DNA from: Eledone cirrhosa
Lineage: Eukaryota
Direction: 5' to 3'
DNA length: 64,000 nt
Assembly: GCA_964016885.1 (NCBI GenBank)
Contig: OZ024742.1
Coordinates: 15,748,001 to 15,812,000, forward strand
The notes beneath the pieces are model-generated. The model did no database searches and was not told the DNA's origin. It saw nothing but the letters and a program-made list of their open reading frames with translations. Made by a program: the position numbers and the translations under genes. Below, piece after piece: positions 52,601 to 64,000 of the stretch. The stretch's first letter is position 1, and each line of letters opens with the position of its first letter.

Positions 52601-55600
52601 GTGAGATATTGTTTAGTATACAGTAGAGACATTTGGTTTGGATTTGTGTGAGATATTGTTTAGTATACAGTAGAGACTTTAGGTTTGTATTTGTGTGAGA
52701 TATTGTTTAGTATACAGTAGAGATTTAGGTTTGGATTTGCGTGAGATATTGTTTAGTACACAGTAGAGACTTTAGGTTCGGATTTGTGTGAGATATTGTT
52801 TAGTATACAGTAGAGACATTAGGTTTGGATTTGTGTGAGATATTGATTAGTATACAGTAGAGACTTTAGGTTTGGATTTGTGTGAGATATCGTTTAGTAT
52901 ACAGTAGAGACTTTAGCTTTGGATTTGTGTGAGATATTGTTTAGTATACAGTAGAAACTTTAGGTTTGTATTTGTGAGTGATATTGTTTAGTATACAGTA
53001 GAGACTTTAGGTTTGGATTTGTGTGAGATATTGTTTAGTATACAGTAGAGACTTTAGGTTTGGATTTGTGTGAGATATTGTTTAGTATACAGTAGAGACT
53101 TTATGTTTGGATTTGTGGGAGATATTGTTTAGTATACAGTAGATGCTTTAGGTTTGGATTTGTGTGAGATATTGTTTAGTATACAGTAGAGACTTTATGT
53201 TTGGATTTGTGTGAGAAATTGTTTAGTATACAGTAGAGACTTTAGGTTTGGATTTGTGTGAGATATTGTTTAGTATACAGTAGAGACTTTAGGTTTGGAT
53301 TTGTGTGAGATATTGTTTAGTATACAGTAGAGACTTTAGGTTTGGATTTGTGTGAGATATTGTTTAGTATACAGTAGAGACTTTAGGTTTGGATTTGTGT
53401 GAGATATTGTTTAGTATACAGTAGAGACTATAGGATTGGATTTGTGTGAGATATTGTTTAGTATACAGTAGAGACATTTGGTTTGGATTTGTGTGAGATA
53501 TTGTTTAGTATACAGTAGAGACTTTAGGTTTGGATTTGTGTGAGATATTGTTTAGTATACAGTAGAGATTTAGGTTTGGATTTGCGTGAGATATTGTTTA
53601 GTACACAGTAGAGACTTTAGGTTCGGATTTGTGTGAGATATTGTTTAGTATACAGTAGAGACATTAGGTTTGGATTTGTGTGAGATATTGATTAGTATAC
53701 AGTAGAGACTTTAGGTTTGGATTTGTGTGAGATATTGTTTAGTATACAGTAGAGACTTTAGCTTTGGATTTGTGTGAGATATTGTTTAGTATACAGTAGA
53801 AACTTTAGGTTTGTATTTGTGAGTGATATTGTTTAGTATACAGTAGAGACTTTAGGTTTGGATTTGTGTGAGATATTGTTTAGTATACAGTAGAGACTTT
53901 AGGTTTGGATTTGTGTGAGATATTGTTTAGTATACAGTAGAGACATTATGTTTGGATTTGTGTGAGATATTGTTTAGTATACAGTAGAGGCTTTAGGTTT
54001 GGATTTGTGTGAGATATTGTTTAGTATACAGTAGAGACTTTAGGTTTGGATTTGTGTGAGATATTGTTTAGTATACAGTAGAGACTTTAGGTTTGGATTT
54101 GTGTGAGATATTGTTTAGTATACAGTTTGAGACTTTAGGTTTGGATTTGTGTGAGATATTGTTTAGTATACAGTAGAGACTTTAGGTTTGGATTTGTGTG
54201 AGATATTGTTTAGTATACAGTAGAGACTTTAGGTTTGGATTTGTGTGAGATATTGTTTAGTATACAGTAGGGACTTTAGGTTTGGATTTGTGTGAGATAT
54301 TGTTTAGTATACAGTAGAGACTTTAGGTTTGGATTTGTGTGAGATATTGTTTAGTATACAGTAGAGACTTTAGGTTTGGATTTGTGTGAGAAATTGTTTA
54401 GTATACAGTAGAGACTTTAGGTTTGGATTTGTGTGAGATATTGTTTAGTATACAGTAGAGACTTTAGGTTTGGATTTGTGTGAGATATTGTTTAGTATAC
54501 AGTAGAGACTTTAAGTTTGGATTTGTGTGAGATATTGTTTAGTATACAGTAGAGACTTTAGGTTTGGATTTGTGTGAGATATTGTTTAGTATACAGTAGA
54601 GACTTTAGGTTTGGATTTGTGTGAGATATTGTTTAGTATACAGTAGAGACTTTAGGTATGGATTTGTGTGAGATATTGTTTAGTATACAGTAGAGACTTT
54701 ACGTTTGGATTTGTGTGAGATATTGTTTAGTATACAGTAGAGACTTTATGTATGGATTTGTGTGAGATATTGTTTAGTATACAGTAGAGACTTTACGTTT
54801 GGATTTGTGTGAGATATTGTTTAGTATACAGTAGAGATTTTACGTTTGGATTTGTGTGAGATATTGTTTAGTATACAGTAGAGACTTTACGTTTGGATTT
54901 GTGTGAGATATTGTTTAGTATACAGTAGAGACATTACGTTTGGATTTGTGTGAGATATTGTTTAGTACACAGTAGAGACTTTACGTTTGGATTTGTGTGA
55001 GATATTGTTTAGTATACAGTAGAGACTTTACGTTTGGATTTGTGTGAGATATTGTTTAGTATACAGTAGAGACTTTACGTTTGGATTTGTGTGAGATATT
55101 GTTTAGTATACAGTAGAGACTTTACGTTTGGATTTGTGTGAGATATTGTTTAGTATACAGTAGAGACTTTACGTTTGGATTTGTGTGAGATATTGTTTAG
55201 TATACAGTAGAGACTTTACGTTTGGATTTGTGTGAGATATTGTTTAGTATACAGTAGAGACTTTACGTTTGGATTTGTGTGAGATATTGTTTAGTATACA
55301 GTAGAGACTTTAGGTTTGGATTTGAGTGAGATATTGTTTAGTATACAGTAGAGACTTTAGGTTTGTATTTGTGTAAGATATTGATTAGTATACAGTAGAG
55401 ACTTTAGGTTTGGATTTGTGTGAGATATTGTTTAGTATACAGTAGAGACTTTAGGTATGGATTTGAGTGAGATATTGTTTAGTATACAGTAGAGACTTTA
55501 GGGTTGGATTTGTGTGAGATATTGTTTAGTATACAGTAGAGACTTTACGTTTGGATTTGTGTGAGATATTGTTTAGTATACAGTAGAGACTTTAGGGTTG

Positions 55601-56349
55601 GATTTGTGTGAGATATTGTTTAGTATACAGTAGAGACTTTAGGTTTGGATTTGTGTGAGATATTGTTTAGTATACAGTAGAGATTTAGGTTTGGATTTGC
55701 GTGAGATATTGTTTAGTACACAGTAGAGACTTTAGGTTCGGATTTGTGTGAGATATTGTTTAGTATACAGTAGAGACATTAGGTTTGGATTTGTGTGAGA
55801 TATTGATTAGTATACAGTAGAGACTTTAGGTTTGGATTTGTGTGAGATATTGTTTAGTATACAGTAGAGACTTTAGCTTTGGATTTGTGTGAGATATTGT
55901 TTAGTATACAGTAGAAACTTTAGGTTTGTATTTGTGAGTGATATTGTTTAGTATACAGTAGAGACTTTAGGTTTGGATTTGTGTGAGATATTGTTTAGTA
56001 TACAGTAGAGACTTTAGGTTTGGATTTGTGTGAGATATTGTTTAGTATACAGTAGAGACTTTATGTTTGGATTTGTGTGAGATATTGTTTAGTATACAGT
56101 AGAGGTTTTAGGTTTGGATTTGTGTGAGATATTGTTTAGTATACAGTAGAGACTTTAGGTTTGGATTTGTGTGAGATATTGTTTAGTATACAGTAGAGAC
56201 TTTAGGTTTGGATTTGTGTGAGATATTGTTTAGTATACAGTAGAGACTTTAGGTTTGGATTTGTGTGAGATATTGTTTAGTATACAGTAGAGACTTTATG
56301 TTTGGATTTGTGTGAGATATTGTTTAGTATACAGTAGAGACTTTAGTTT

Positions 56350-59300
56350 TCGATTTGTGTGAGATATTGTTTAGTACACAATAGAGACTTTAGGTTTCAA
56401 TTTGTGTGAGATATTGTTTAGTATACAGTAGAGACTTTAGGTTTGGATTTGTGTGAGATATTGTTTAGTATACAGTAGAGACTTTAGGTTTGGATTTGTG
56501 TGAGATATTGTTTTGTATACAGTAGTGACTTTAGGTTTGGATTTGTGTGAGATATTGTTTTGTATACAGTAGAGACTTTAGGTTTGGATTTATGTGAGAT
56601 ATTGTTTAGTACACAGTAGAGACATTAGGTTTGGATTTGTGTGAGACATTGTTTAGTATACAGTAGAGACTTTAGGTTTGGATTTGTGTGAGATATTGTT
56701 TAGTATACAGTAGAGACTTTAGGTTTGGATTTGTGTGAGATATTGTTTAGTATACAGTAGAGACTTTAGGTTTGGATTTGTGTGAGATATTGTTTAGTAT
56801 ACAGTAGAGACTTTAGGTTTGGATTTGTGTGAGATATTGTTTAGTACACAGTAGAGACTTTAGGTTTGGACTTGTGTGAGATATTGTTTAGTATACAGTA
56901 GAGACTTTAGGTTTCGATTTGTGTGAGATATTGTTTAGTATACAGTAGAGACTTTAGGTTTCGATTTGTGTGAGATATTGTTTAGTATACAGTAGAGACT
57001 TTAGGATTGGATTTGTGTGAGATATTGTTTAGTACACAGTAGAGACTTTAGGTTTGGATTTGTGTGAGATATTGTTTAGTATACAGTAGAGACTTTAGGT
57101 TTCGATTTGTGTGAGATATTGTTTAGTATACAGTAGAGACTTTAGGTTTGGATTTGTGTGAGATATTGTTTAGTATACAGTAGAGACTTTAGGTTTCGAT
57201 TTGTGTGAGATATTGTTTTGTATACATTAGAGACTTTAGGTTTGGATTTGTGTGAGATATTGTTTTGTATACAGTAGAGAGTTTAGGTTTGGATTTGTGT
57301 GAGATATTGTTTAGTACACAGTAGAGACTTTAGGTTTGGATTTGTGTGAGATATTGTTTAGTATACAGTAGAGACTTTAGGTTTGGATTTGTGTGAGATA
57401 TTGTTTAGTATACAGTACAGACTTTAGGTTTGGATTTGTGTGAGATATTGTTTAGTATACAGTAGAGACTTTAGGTTTGGATTTGTGTGAGATATTGTTT
57501 AGTATACAGTAGAGACTTTAGGTTTGGATTTGTGTGAGATATTGTTTAGTATACATTAGAGACTTTAGGTTTGGATTTGTGTGAGATATTGTTTAGTATA
57601 TAGTAGAGACTTTAGGTTTGGATTTGTGTGAGATATTGTTTAGTATACAGTAGAGACTTTAGGTTTCGATTTGTGTGAGATATTGTTTAGTATACAGTAA
57701 AGACTTTAGGTTTGGATTTGTGTGAGATATTGTTTAGTATACAGTAGAGACTTTAGGTTTGGATTTGTGTGAGATATTGTTTAGTATACAGTAGAGACTT
57801 AAGTTTTGGATTTGTGTGAGATATTGTTTAGTATACAGTAGAGACTTTAGGGTTGGATTTGTGTGAGATATTGTTTAGTATACAGTAGAGACTTTAGGTT
57901 TGGATTTGTGTGAGATATTGTTTAGTATACAGTAGAGACTTTAGGTTTGGATTTGTGTGAGATATTGTTTTGTATACAGTAGAGATTTTAGGTTTGGATT
58001 TGTGTGAGATATTGTTTAGTACACAGTAGAGACTTTAGGTTTGGATTTGTGTGAGATATTGTTTAGTATACAGTAGAGACTTTAGGTTTCGATTTGTGTG
58101 AGATATTGTTTAGTATACCGTAGAGACTTTAGGTTTGGATTTGTGTGAGATATTGTTTAGTACACAGTAGAGACTTTAGGTTTGGATTTGTGTGAGATAT
58201 TGTTTAGTATACAGTAGAGACTTTAGGTTTGGATTTGTGTGAGATATTGTTTAGTATACAGTAGAGACTTTAGGCTTGGATTTGTGTGAGATATTGTTTA
58301 GTACACAGTAGAGACTTTAGGTTTGGATTTGTGTGAGATATTGTTTAGTATACAGTAGAGACTTTAGGTTTGGATTTGTGTGAGATATTGTTTTGTATAC
58401 AGTAGAGACTTTAGGCTTGGATTTGTGTGAGATATTGTTTAGTACACAGTAGAGACTTTAGGTTTGGATTTGTGTGCGATATCGTTTAGTATACAGTAGA
58501 GACTTTAGGTCTGGATTTGTGTGAGATATTGTTTAGTATACAGTAGAGACTTTAGGTTTTGATTTGTGTGAGATATTGTTTAGTATACAGTAGAGACTTT
58601 ACGTTTGGATTTGTGTGAGATATTGTTTAGTATACAGTAGAGACTTTAGGTTTGGATTTGTGTGAGATATTGTTTAGTATACAGTAGAGACTTTATGTTT
58701 GGATTTGTGTGAGATATTGTTTAGTATACAGTAGAGGTTTTAGGTTTGGATTTGTGTGAGATATTGTTTAGTATACAGTAGAGACTTTAGGTTTGGATTT
58801 GTGTGAGATATTGTTTAGTATACAGTAGAGACTTTAGGTTTGGATTTGTGTGAGATATTGTTTAGTATACAGTAGAGACTTTAGGTTTGGATTTGTGTGA
58901 GATATTGTTTAGTATACAGTAGAGACTTTATGTTTGGATTTGTGTGAGATATTGTTTAGTATACAGTAGAGACTTTAGTTTTCGATTTGTGTGAGATATT
59001 GTTTAGTACACAATAGAGACTTTAGGTTTGGATTTGTGTGAGATATTGTTTAGTATACAGTAGAGACTTTAGGGTTGGATTTGTGTGAGATATTGTTTAG
59101 TAGACAGTAGAGACTTTAGGTTTGGATTTGTGTGAGATATTGTTTAGTATACAGTAGAGACTTTAGGTTTGGATTTGTGTGAGATATTGTTTAGTATACA
59201 TTAGAGACTTTAGGTTTGGATTTGTGTGAGATATTGTTTAGTACACAGTAGAGACTTTAGGTTTGGATTTGTGTGAGATATTGTTTAGTATATAGTAGAG

Positions 59301-62300
59301 ACTTTAGGTTTGGATTTGTGTGAGATATTGTTTAGTATACAGTAGAGACTTTAGGTTTCAATTTGTGTGAGATATTGTTTAGTATACAGTAGAGACTTTA
59401 GGTTTGGATTTGTGTGAGATATTGTTTAGTATACAGTAGAGACTTTAGGTTTGGATTTGTGTGAGATATTGTTTTGTATACAGTAGTGACTTTAGGTTTG
59501 GATTTGTGTGAGATATTGTTTTGTATACAGTAGAGACTTTAGGTTTGGATTTATGTGAGATATTGTTTAGTACACAGTAGAGACATTAGGTTTGGATTTG
59601 TGTGAGACATTGTTTAGTATACAGTAGAGACTTTAGGTTTGGATTTGTGTGAGATATTGTTTAGTATACAGTAGAGACTTTAGGTTTGGATTTGTGTGAG
59701 ATATTGTTTAGTATACAGTAGAGACTTTAGGTTTGGATTTGTGTGAGATATTGTTTAGTATACAGTAGAGACTTTAGGTTTGGATTTGTGTGAGATATTG
59801 TTTAGTACACAGTAGAGACTTTAGGTTTGGATTTGTGTGAGATATTGTTTAGTATACAGTAGAGACTTTAGGTTTCGATTTGTGTGAGATATTGTTTAGT
59901 ATACAGTAGAGACTTTAGGTTTCGATTTGTGTGAGATATTGTTTAGTATACAGTAGAGACTTTAGGATTGGATTTGTGTGAGATATTGTTTAGTACACAG
60001 TAGAGACTTTAGGTTTGGATTTGTGTGAGATATTGTTTAGTATACAGTAGAGACTTTAGGTTTCGATTTGTGTGAGATATTGTTTAGTATACAGTAGAGA
60101 CTTTAGGTTTGGATTTGTGTGAGATATTGTTTAGTATACAGTAGAGACTTTAGGTTTCGATTTGTGTGAGATATTGTTTTGTATACATTAGAGACTTTAG
60201 GTTTGGATTTGTGTGAGATATTGTTTTGTATACAGTAGAGAGTTTAGGTTTGGATTTGTGTGAGATATTGTTTAGTACACAGTAGAGACTTTAGGTTTGG
60301 ATTTGTGTGAGATATTGTTTAGTATACAGTAGAGACTTTAGGTTTGGATTTGTGTGAGATATTGTTTAGTATACAGTACAGACTTTAGGTTTGGATTTGT
60401 GTGAGATATTGTTTAGTATACAGTAGAGACTTTAGGTTTGGATTTGTGTGAGATATTGTTTAGTATACAGTAGAGACTTTAGGTTTGGATTTGTGTGAGA
60501 TATTGTTTAGTATACATTAGAGACTTTAGGTTTGGATTTGTGTGAGATATTGTTTAGTATATAGTAGAGACTTTAGGTTTGGATTTGTGTGAGATATTGT
60601 TTAGTATACAGTAGAGACTTTAGGTTTCGATTTGTGTGAGATATTGTTTAGTATACAGTAAAGACTTTAGGTTTGGATTTGTGTGAGATATTGTTTAGTA
60701 TACAGTAGAGACTTTAGGTTTGGATTTGTGTGAGATATTGTTTAGTATACAGTAGAGACTTAAGTTTTGGATTTGTGTGAGATATTGTTTAGTATACAGT
60801 AGAGACTTTAGGGTTGGATTTGTGTGAGATATTGTTTAGTATACAGTAGAGACTTTAGGTTTGGATTTGTGTGAGATATTGTTTAGTATACAGTAGAGAC
60901 TTTAGGTTTGGATTTGTGTGAGATATTGTTTTGTATACAGTAGAGATTTTAGGTTTGGATTTGTGTGAGATATTGTTTAGTACACAGTAGAGACTTTAGG
61001 TTTGGATTTGTGTGAGATATTGTTTAGTATACAGTAGAGACTTTAGGTTTCGATTTGTGTGAGATATTGTTTAGTATACCGTAGAGACTTTAGGTTTGGA
61101 TTTGTGTGAGATATTGTTTAGTACACAGTAGAGACTTTAGGTTTGGATTTGTGTGAGATATTGTTTAGTATACAGTAGAGACTTTAGGTTTGGATTTGTG
61201 TGAGATATTGTTTAGTATACAGTAGAGACTTTAGGCTTGGATTTGTGTGAGATATTGTTTAGTACACAGTAGAGACTTTAGGTTTGGATTTGTGTGAGAT
61301 ATTGTTTAGTATACAGTAGAGACTTTAGGTTTGGATTTGTGTGAGATATTGTTTTGTATACAGTAGAGACTTTAGGCTTGGATTTGTGTGAGATATTGTT
61401 TAGTACACAGTAGAGACTTTAGGTTTGGATTTGTGTGCGATATCGTTTAGTATACAGTAGAGACTTTAGGTCTGGATTTGTGTGAGATATTGTTTAGTAT
61501 ACAGTAGAGACTTTAGGTTTTGATTTGTGTGAGATATTGTTTAGTATACAGTAGAGACTTTAGGTTTGGATTTGTGTGAGATATTGTTTAGTATACAGTA
61601 GAGACTTTAGGTTTGGATTTGTGTGAGATATTGTTTAGTATACAGTAGAGACTTTAGGTTTGGATTTGTTTGAGATATTGTTTAGTACACAGTAGAAACT
61701 TTAGGTTTGGATTTGTGTGAGATATTGTTTAGTATACAGTAGAGACTTTAGGTTTCGATTTGTGTGAGATATTGTTTAGTATACCGTAGAGACATTAGGT
61801 TTGGATTTGTGTGAGATATTGTTTAGTATACAGTAGAGACTTTAGGTTTGGATTTGTGTGAGATATTGTTTAGTATACAGTAGAGACTTTAGGTTTCGAT
61901 TTGTGTGAGATATTGTTTTGTATACATTAGAGACTTTAGGTTTGGATTTGTGTGAGATATTGTTTTGTATACAGTAGAGAGTTTAGGTTTGGATTTGTGT
62001 GAGATATTGTTTAGTACACAGTAGAGACTTTAGGTTTGGATTTGTGTGAGATATTGTTTAGTATACAGTAGAGACTTTAGGTTTGGATTTGTGTGAGATA
62101 TTGTTTAGTATACAGTACAGACTTTAGGTTTGGATTTGTGTGAGATATTGTTTAGTATACAGTAGAGACTTTAGGTTTGGATTTGTGTGAGATATTGTTT
62201 AGTATACAGTAGAGACTTTAGGTTTGGATTTGTGTGAGATATTGTTTAGTATACATTAGAGACTTTAGGTTTGGATTTGTGTGAGATATTGTTTAGTATA

Positions 62301-63600
62301 TAGTAGAGACTTTAGGTTTGGATTTGTGTGAGATATTGTTTAGTATACAGTAGAGACTTTAGGTTTCGATTTGTGTGAGATATTGTTTAGTATACAGTAA
62401 AGACTTTAGGTTTGGATTTGTGTGAGATATTGTTTAGTATACAGTAGAGACTTTAGGTTTGGATTTGTGTGAGATATTGTTTAGTATACAGTAGAGACTT
62501 AAGTTTTGGATTTGTGTGAGATATTGTTTAGTATACAGTAGAGACTTTAGGGTTGGATTTGTGTGAGATATTGTTTAGTATACAGTAGAGACTTTAGGTT
62601 TGGATTTGTGTGAGATATTGTTTAGTATACAGTAGAGACTTTAGGTTTGGATTTGTGTGAGATATTGTTTTGTATACAGTAGAGATTTTAGGTTTGGATT
62701 TGTGTGAGATATTGTTTAGTACACAGTAGAGACTTTAGGTTTGGATTTGTGTGAGATATTGTTTAGTATACAGTAGAGACTTTAGGTTTCGATTTGTGTG
62801 AGATATTGTTTAGTATACTGTAGAGACTTTAGGTTTGGATTTGTGTGAGATATTGTTTAGTACACAGTAGAGACTTTAGGTTTGGATTTGTGTGAGATAT
62901 TGTTTAGTATACAGTAGAGACTTTAGGTTTGGATTTGTGTGAGATATTGTTTAGTATACAGTAGAGACTTTAGGCTTGGATTTGTGTGAGATATTGTTTA
63001 GTACACAGTAGAGACTTTAGGTTTGGATTTGTGTGAGATATTGTTTAGTATACAGTAGAGACTTTAGGTTTGGATTTGTGTGAGATATTGTTTTGTATAC
63101 AGTAGAGACTTTAGGCTTGGATTTGTGTGAGATATTGTTTAGTACACAGTAGAGACTTTAGGTTTGGATTTGTGTGCGATATCGTTTAGTATACAGTAGA
63201 GACTTTAGGTCTGGATTTGTGTGAGATATTGTTTAGTATACAGTAGAGACTTTAGGTTTTGATTTGTGTGAGATATTGTTTAGTATACAGTAGAGACTTT
63301 ACGTTTGGATTTGTGTGAGATATTGTTTAGTATACAGTAGAGACTTTAGGTTTGGATTTGTGTGAGATATTGTTTAGTATACAGTAGAGACTTTAGGTTT
63401 GGATTTGTTTGAGATATTGTTTAGTACACAGTAGAAACTTTAGGTTTGGATTTGTGTGAGATATTGTTTAGTATACAGTAGAGACTTTAGGTTTCGATTT
63501 GTGTGAGATATTGTTTAGTATACCGTAGAGACATTAGGTTTGGATTTGTGTGAGATATTGTTTAGTATACAGTAGAGACTTTAGGTTTGGATTTGTGTGA
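56350..63600. repeat. Distal SatB domain with exact 2961-bp (63x47) and 1739-bp (37x47) block duplications
   Basis: GTGCGATATCG at 58477/61438/63177, TACAGTACAG at 57411/60372/62111, AGTAGTGAC at 56521/59482. Confidence 0.9.
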
Positions 63601-64000
63601 GATATTGTTTTGTATACAGCAGAGACTTTAGGTTTGGATTTGTGTGAGATATTGTTTTGTATACAGTAGAGACTTTAGGTTTGGATTTGTGTGAGATATT
63701 GTTTAGTACACAGTAGAGACTTTAGGTTTGGATTTGTGTCAGATATTGTTTAGTATACAGTAGAGACTTTAGGTTTGGATTTGTGTGAGATATTGTTTAG
63801 TATACAGTAGAGACTTTAGGGTTGGATTTGTGTGAGATATTGTTTAGTATACAGTAGAGACTTTAGGTTTGGATTTGTGTGAGATATTGTTTAGTATACA
63901 GTAGAGACTTTAGGTTTGGATTTGTGTGAGTTATTGTTTAGTACACAGTAGAGGCTTTAGGTTTGGATTTGTGTGAGATATTGTTTAGTATACAGTAGAG

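Larger units (their letters stand above)
18343..64000. repeat. SatB: 47-bp tandem satellite array (~970 copies), consensus GATTTGTGTGAGATATTGTTTAGTA[T/C]ACAGTAGAGACTTTAGGTTTG; runs off the right edge of the window
   Basis: Uninterrupted head-to-tail 47-bp units read directly, with a GTATAC/GTACAC dimorphism. Consensus composition is T20 G13 A12 C2 with no CpG and one TTTAGG per unit. Confidence 0.99.

Noticed and set aside
1-64000. Repetitive protein-coding ORF on either strand
   Set aside because: 29 and 47 are not multiples of 3, and both consensuses contain stop triplets on both strands (TAA/TGA/TAG forward, TAA reverse). All six frames therefore close within about three monomers.
18343-64000. 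Canonical telomerase-made telomere tract or G-quadruplex array
   Set aside because: TTAGG occurs only once per 47 bp and never in tandem, and there are only two GG runs per unit.
1-64000. Transposon, rDNA, tRNA or other unique insertion; strand inversion
   Set aside because: On reading through I saw no non-satellite stretch and no orientation switch. A very short insert could have been missed by eye.
1-64000. Nucleosome-length tuning (5x29=145, 3x47=141, 4x47=188 bp)
   Set aside because: This is a numerical coincidence only. No 3-, 4- or 5-monomer variant periodicity was evident to support it.
1-64000. Assignment to a named satellite family or species
   Set aside because: I do not recognise either consensus. 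BLAST, Dfam or Repbase searches are needed.

Overview
The whole window is non-coding, AT-rich (~31-32% GC) tandem satellite DNA, most likely eukaryotic heterochromatin (centromeric, pericentromeric or subtelomeric). The organism cannot be identified from sequence alone. Two head-to-tail arrays abut with no spacer. SatA is a 29-bp monomer (GAACC[T/A]CAGAGTAAAGTGTGATTATTAAA), positions 1-18345, ~630 copies. SatB is a 47-bp monomer (GATTTGTGTGAGATATTGTTTAGTA[T/C]ACAGTAGAGACTTTAGGTTTG), positions 18343-64000, ~970 copies. I found no genes, RNA genes, transposons or CRISPR spacers. The informative structure lies in the order of monomer variants: nested block duplications in SatA (offsets 1540, 1858, 9579 and 10215 bp); an irregular ~1.2-1.6 kb higher-order repeat (HOR) core in SatB; matching older monomer layers on both sides of that core; indel-free distal duplications of 63 and 37 monomers; and a local run of a CpG-creating variant. 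All offsets were counted by hand from marker variants, and block boundaries are approximate.
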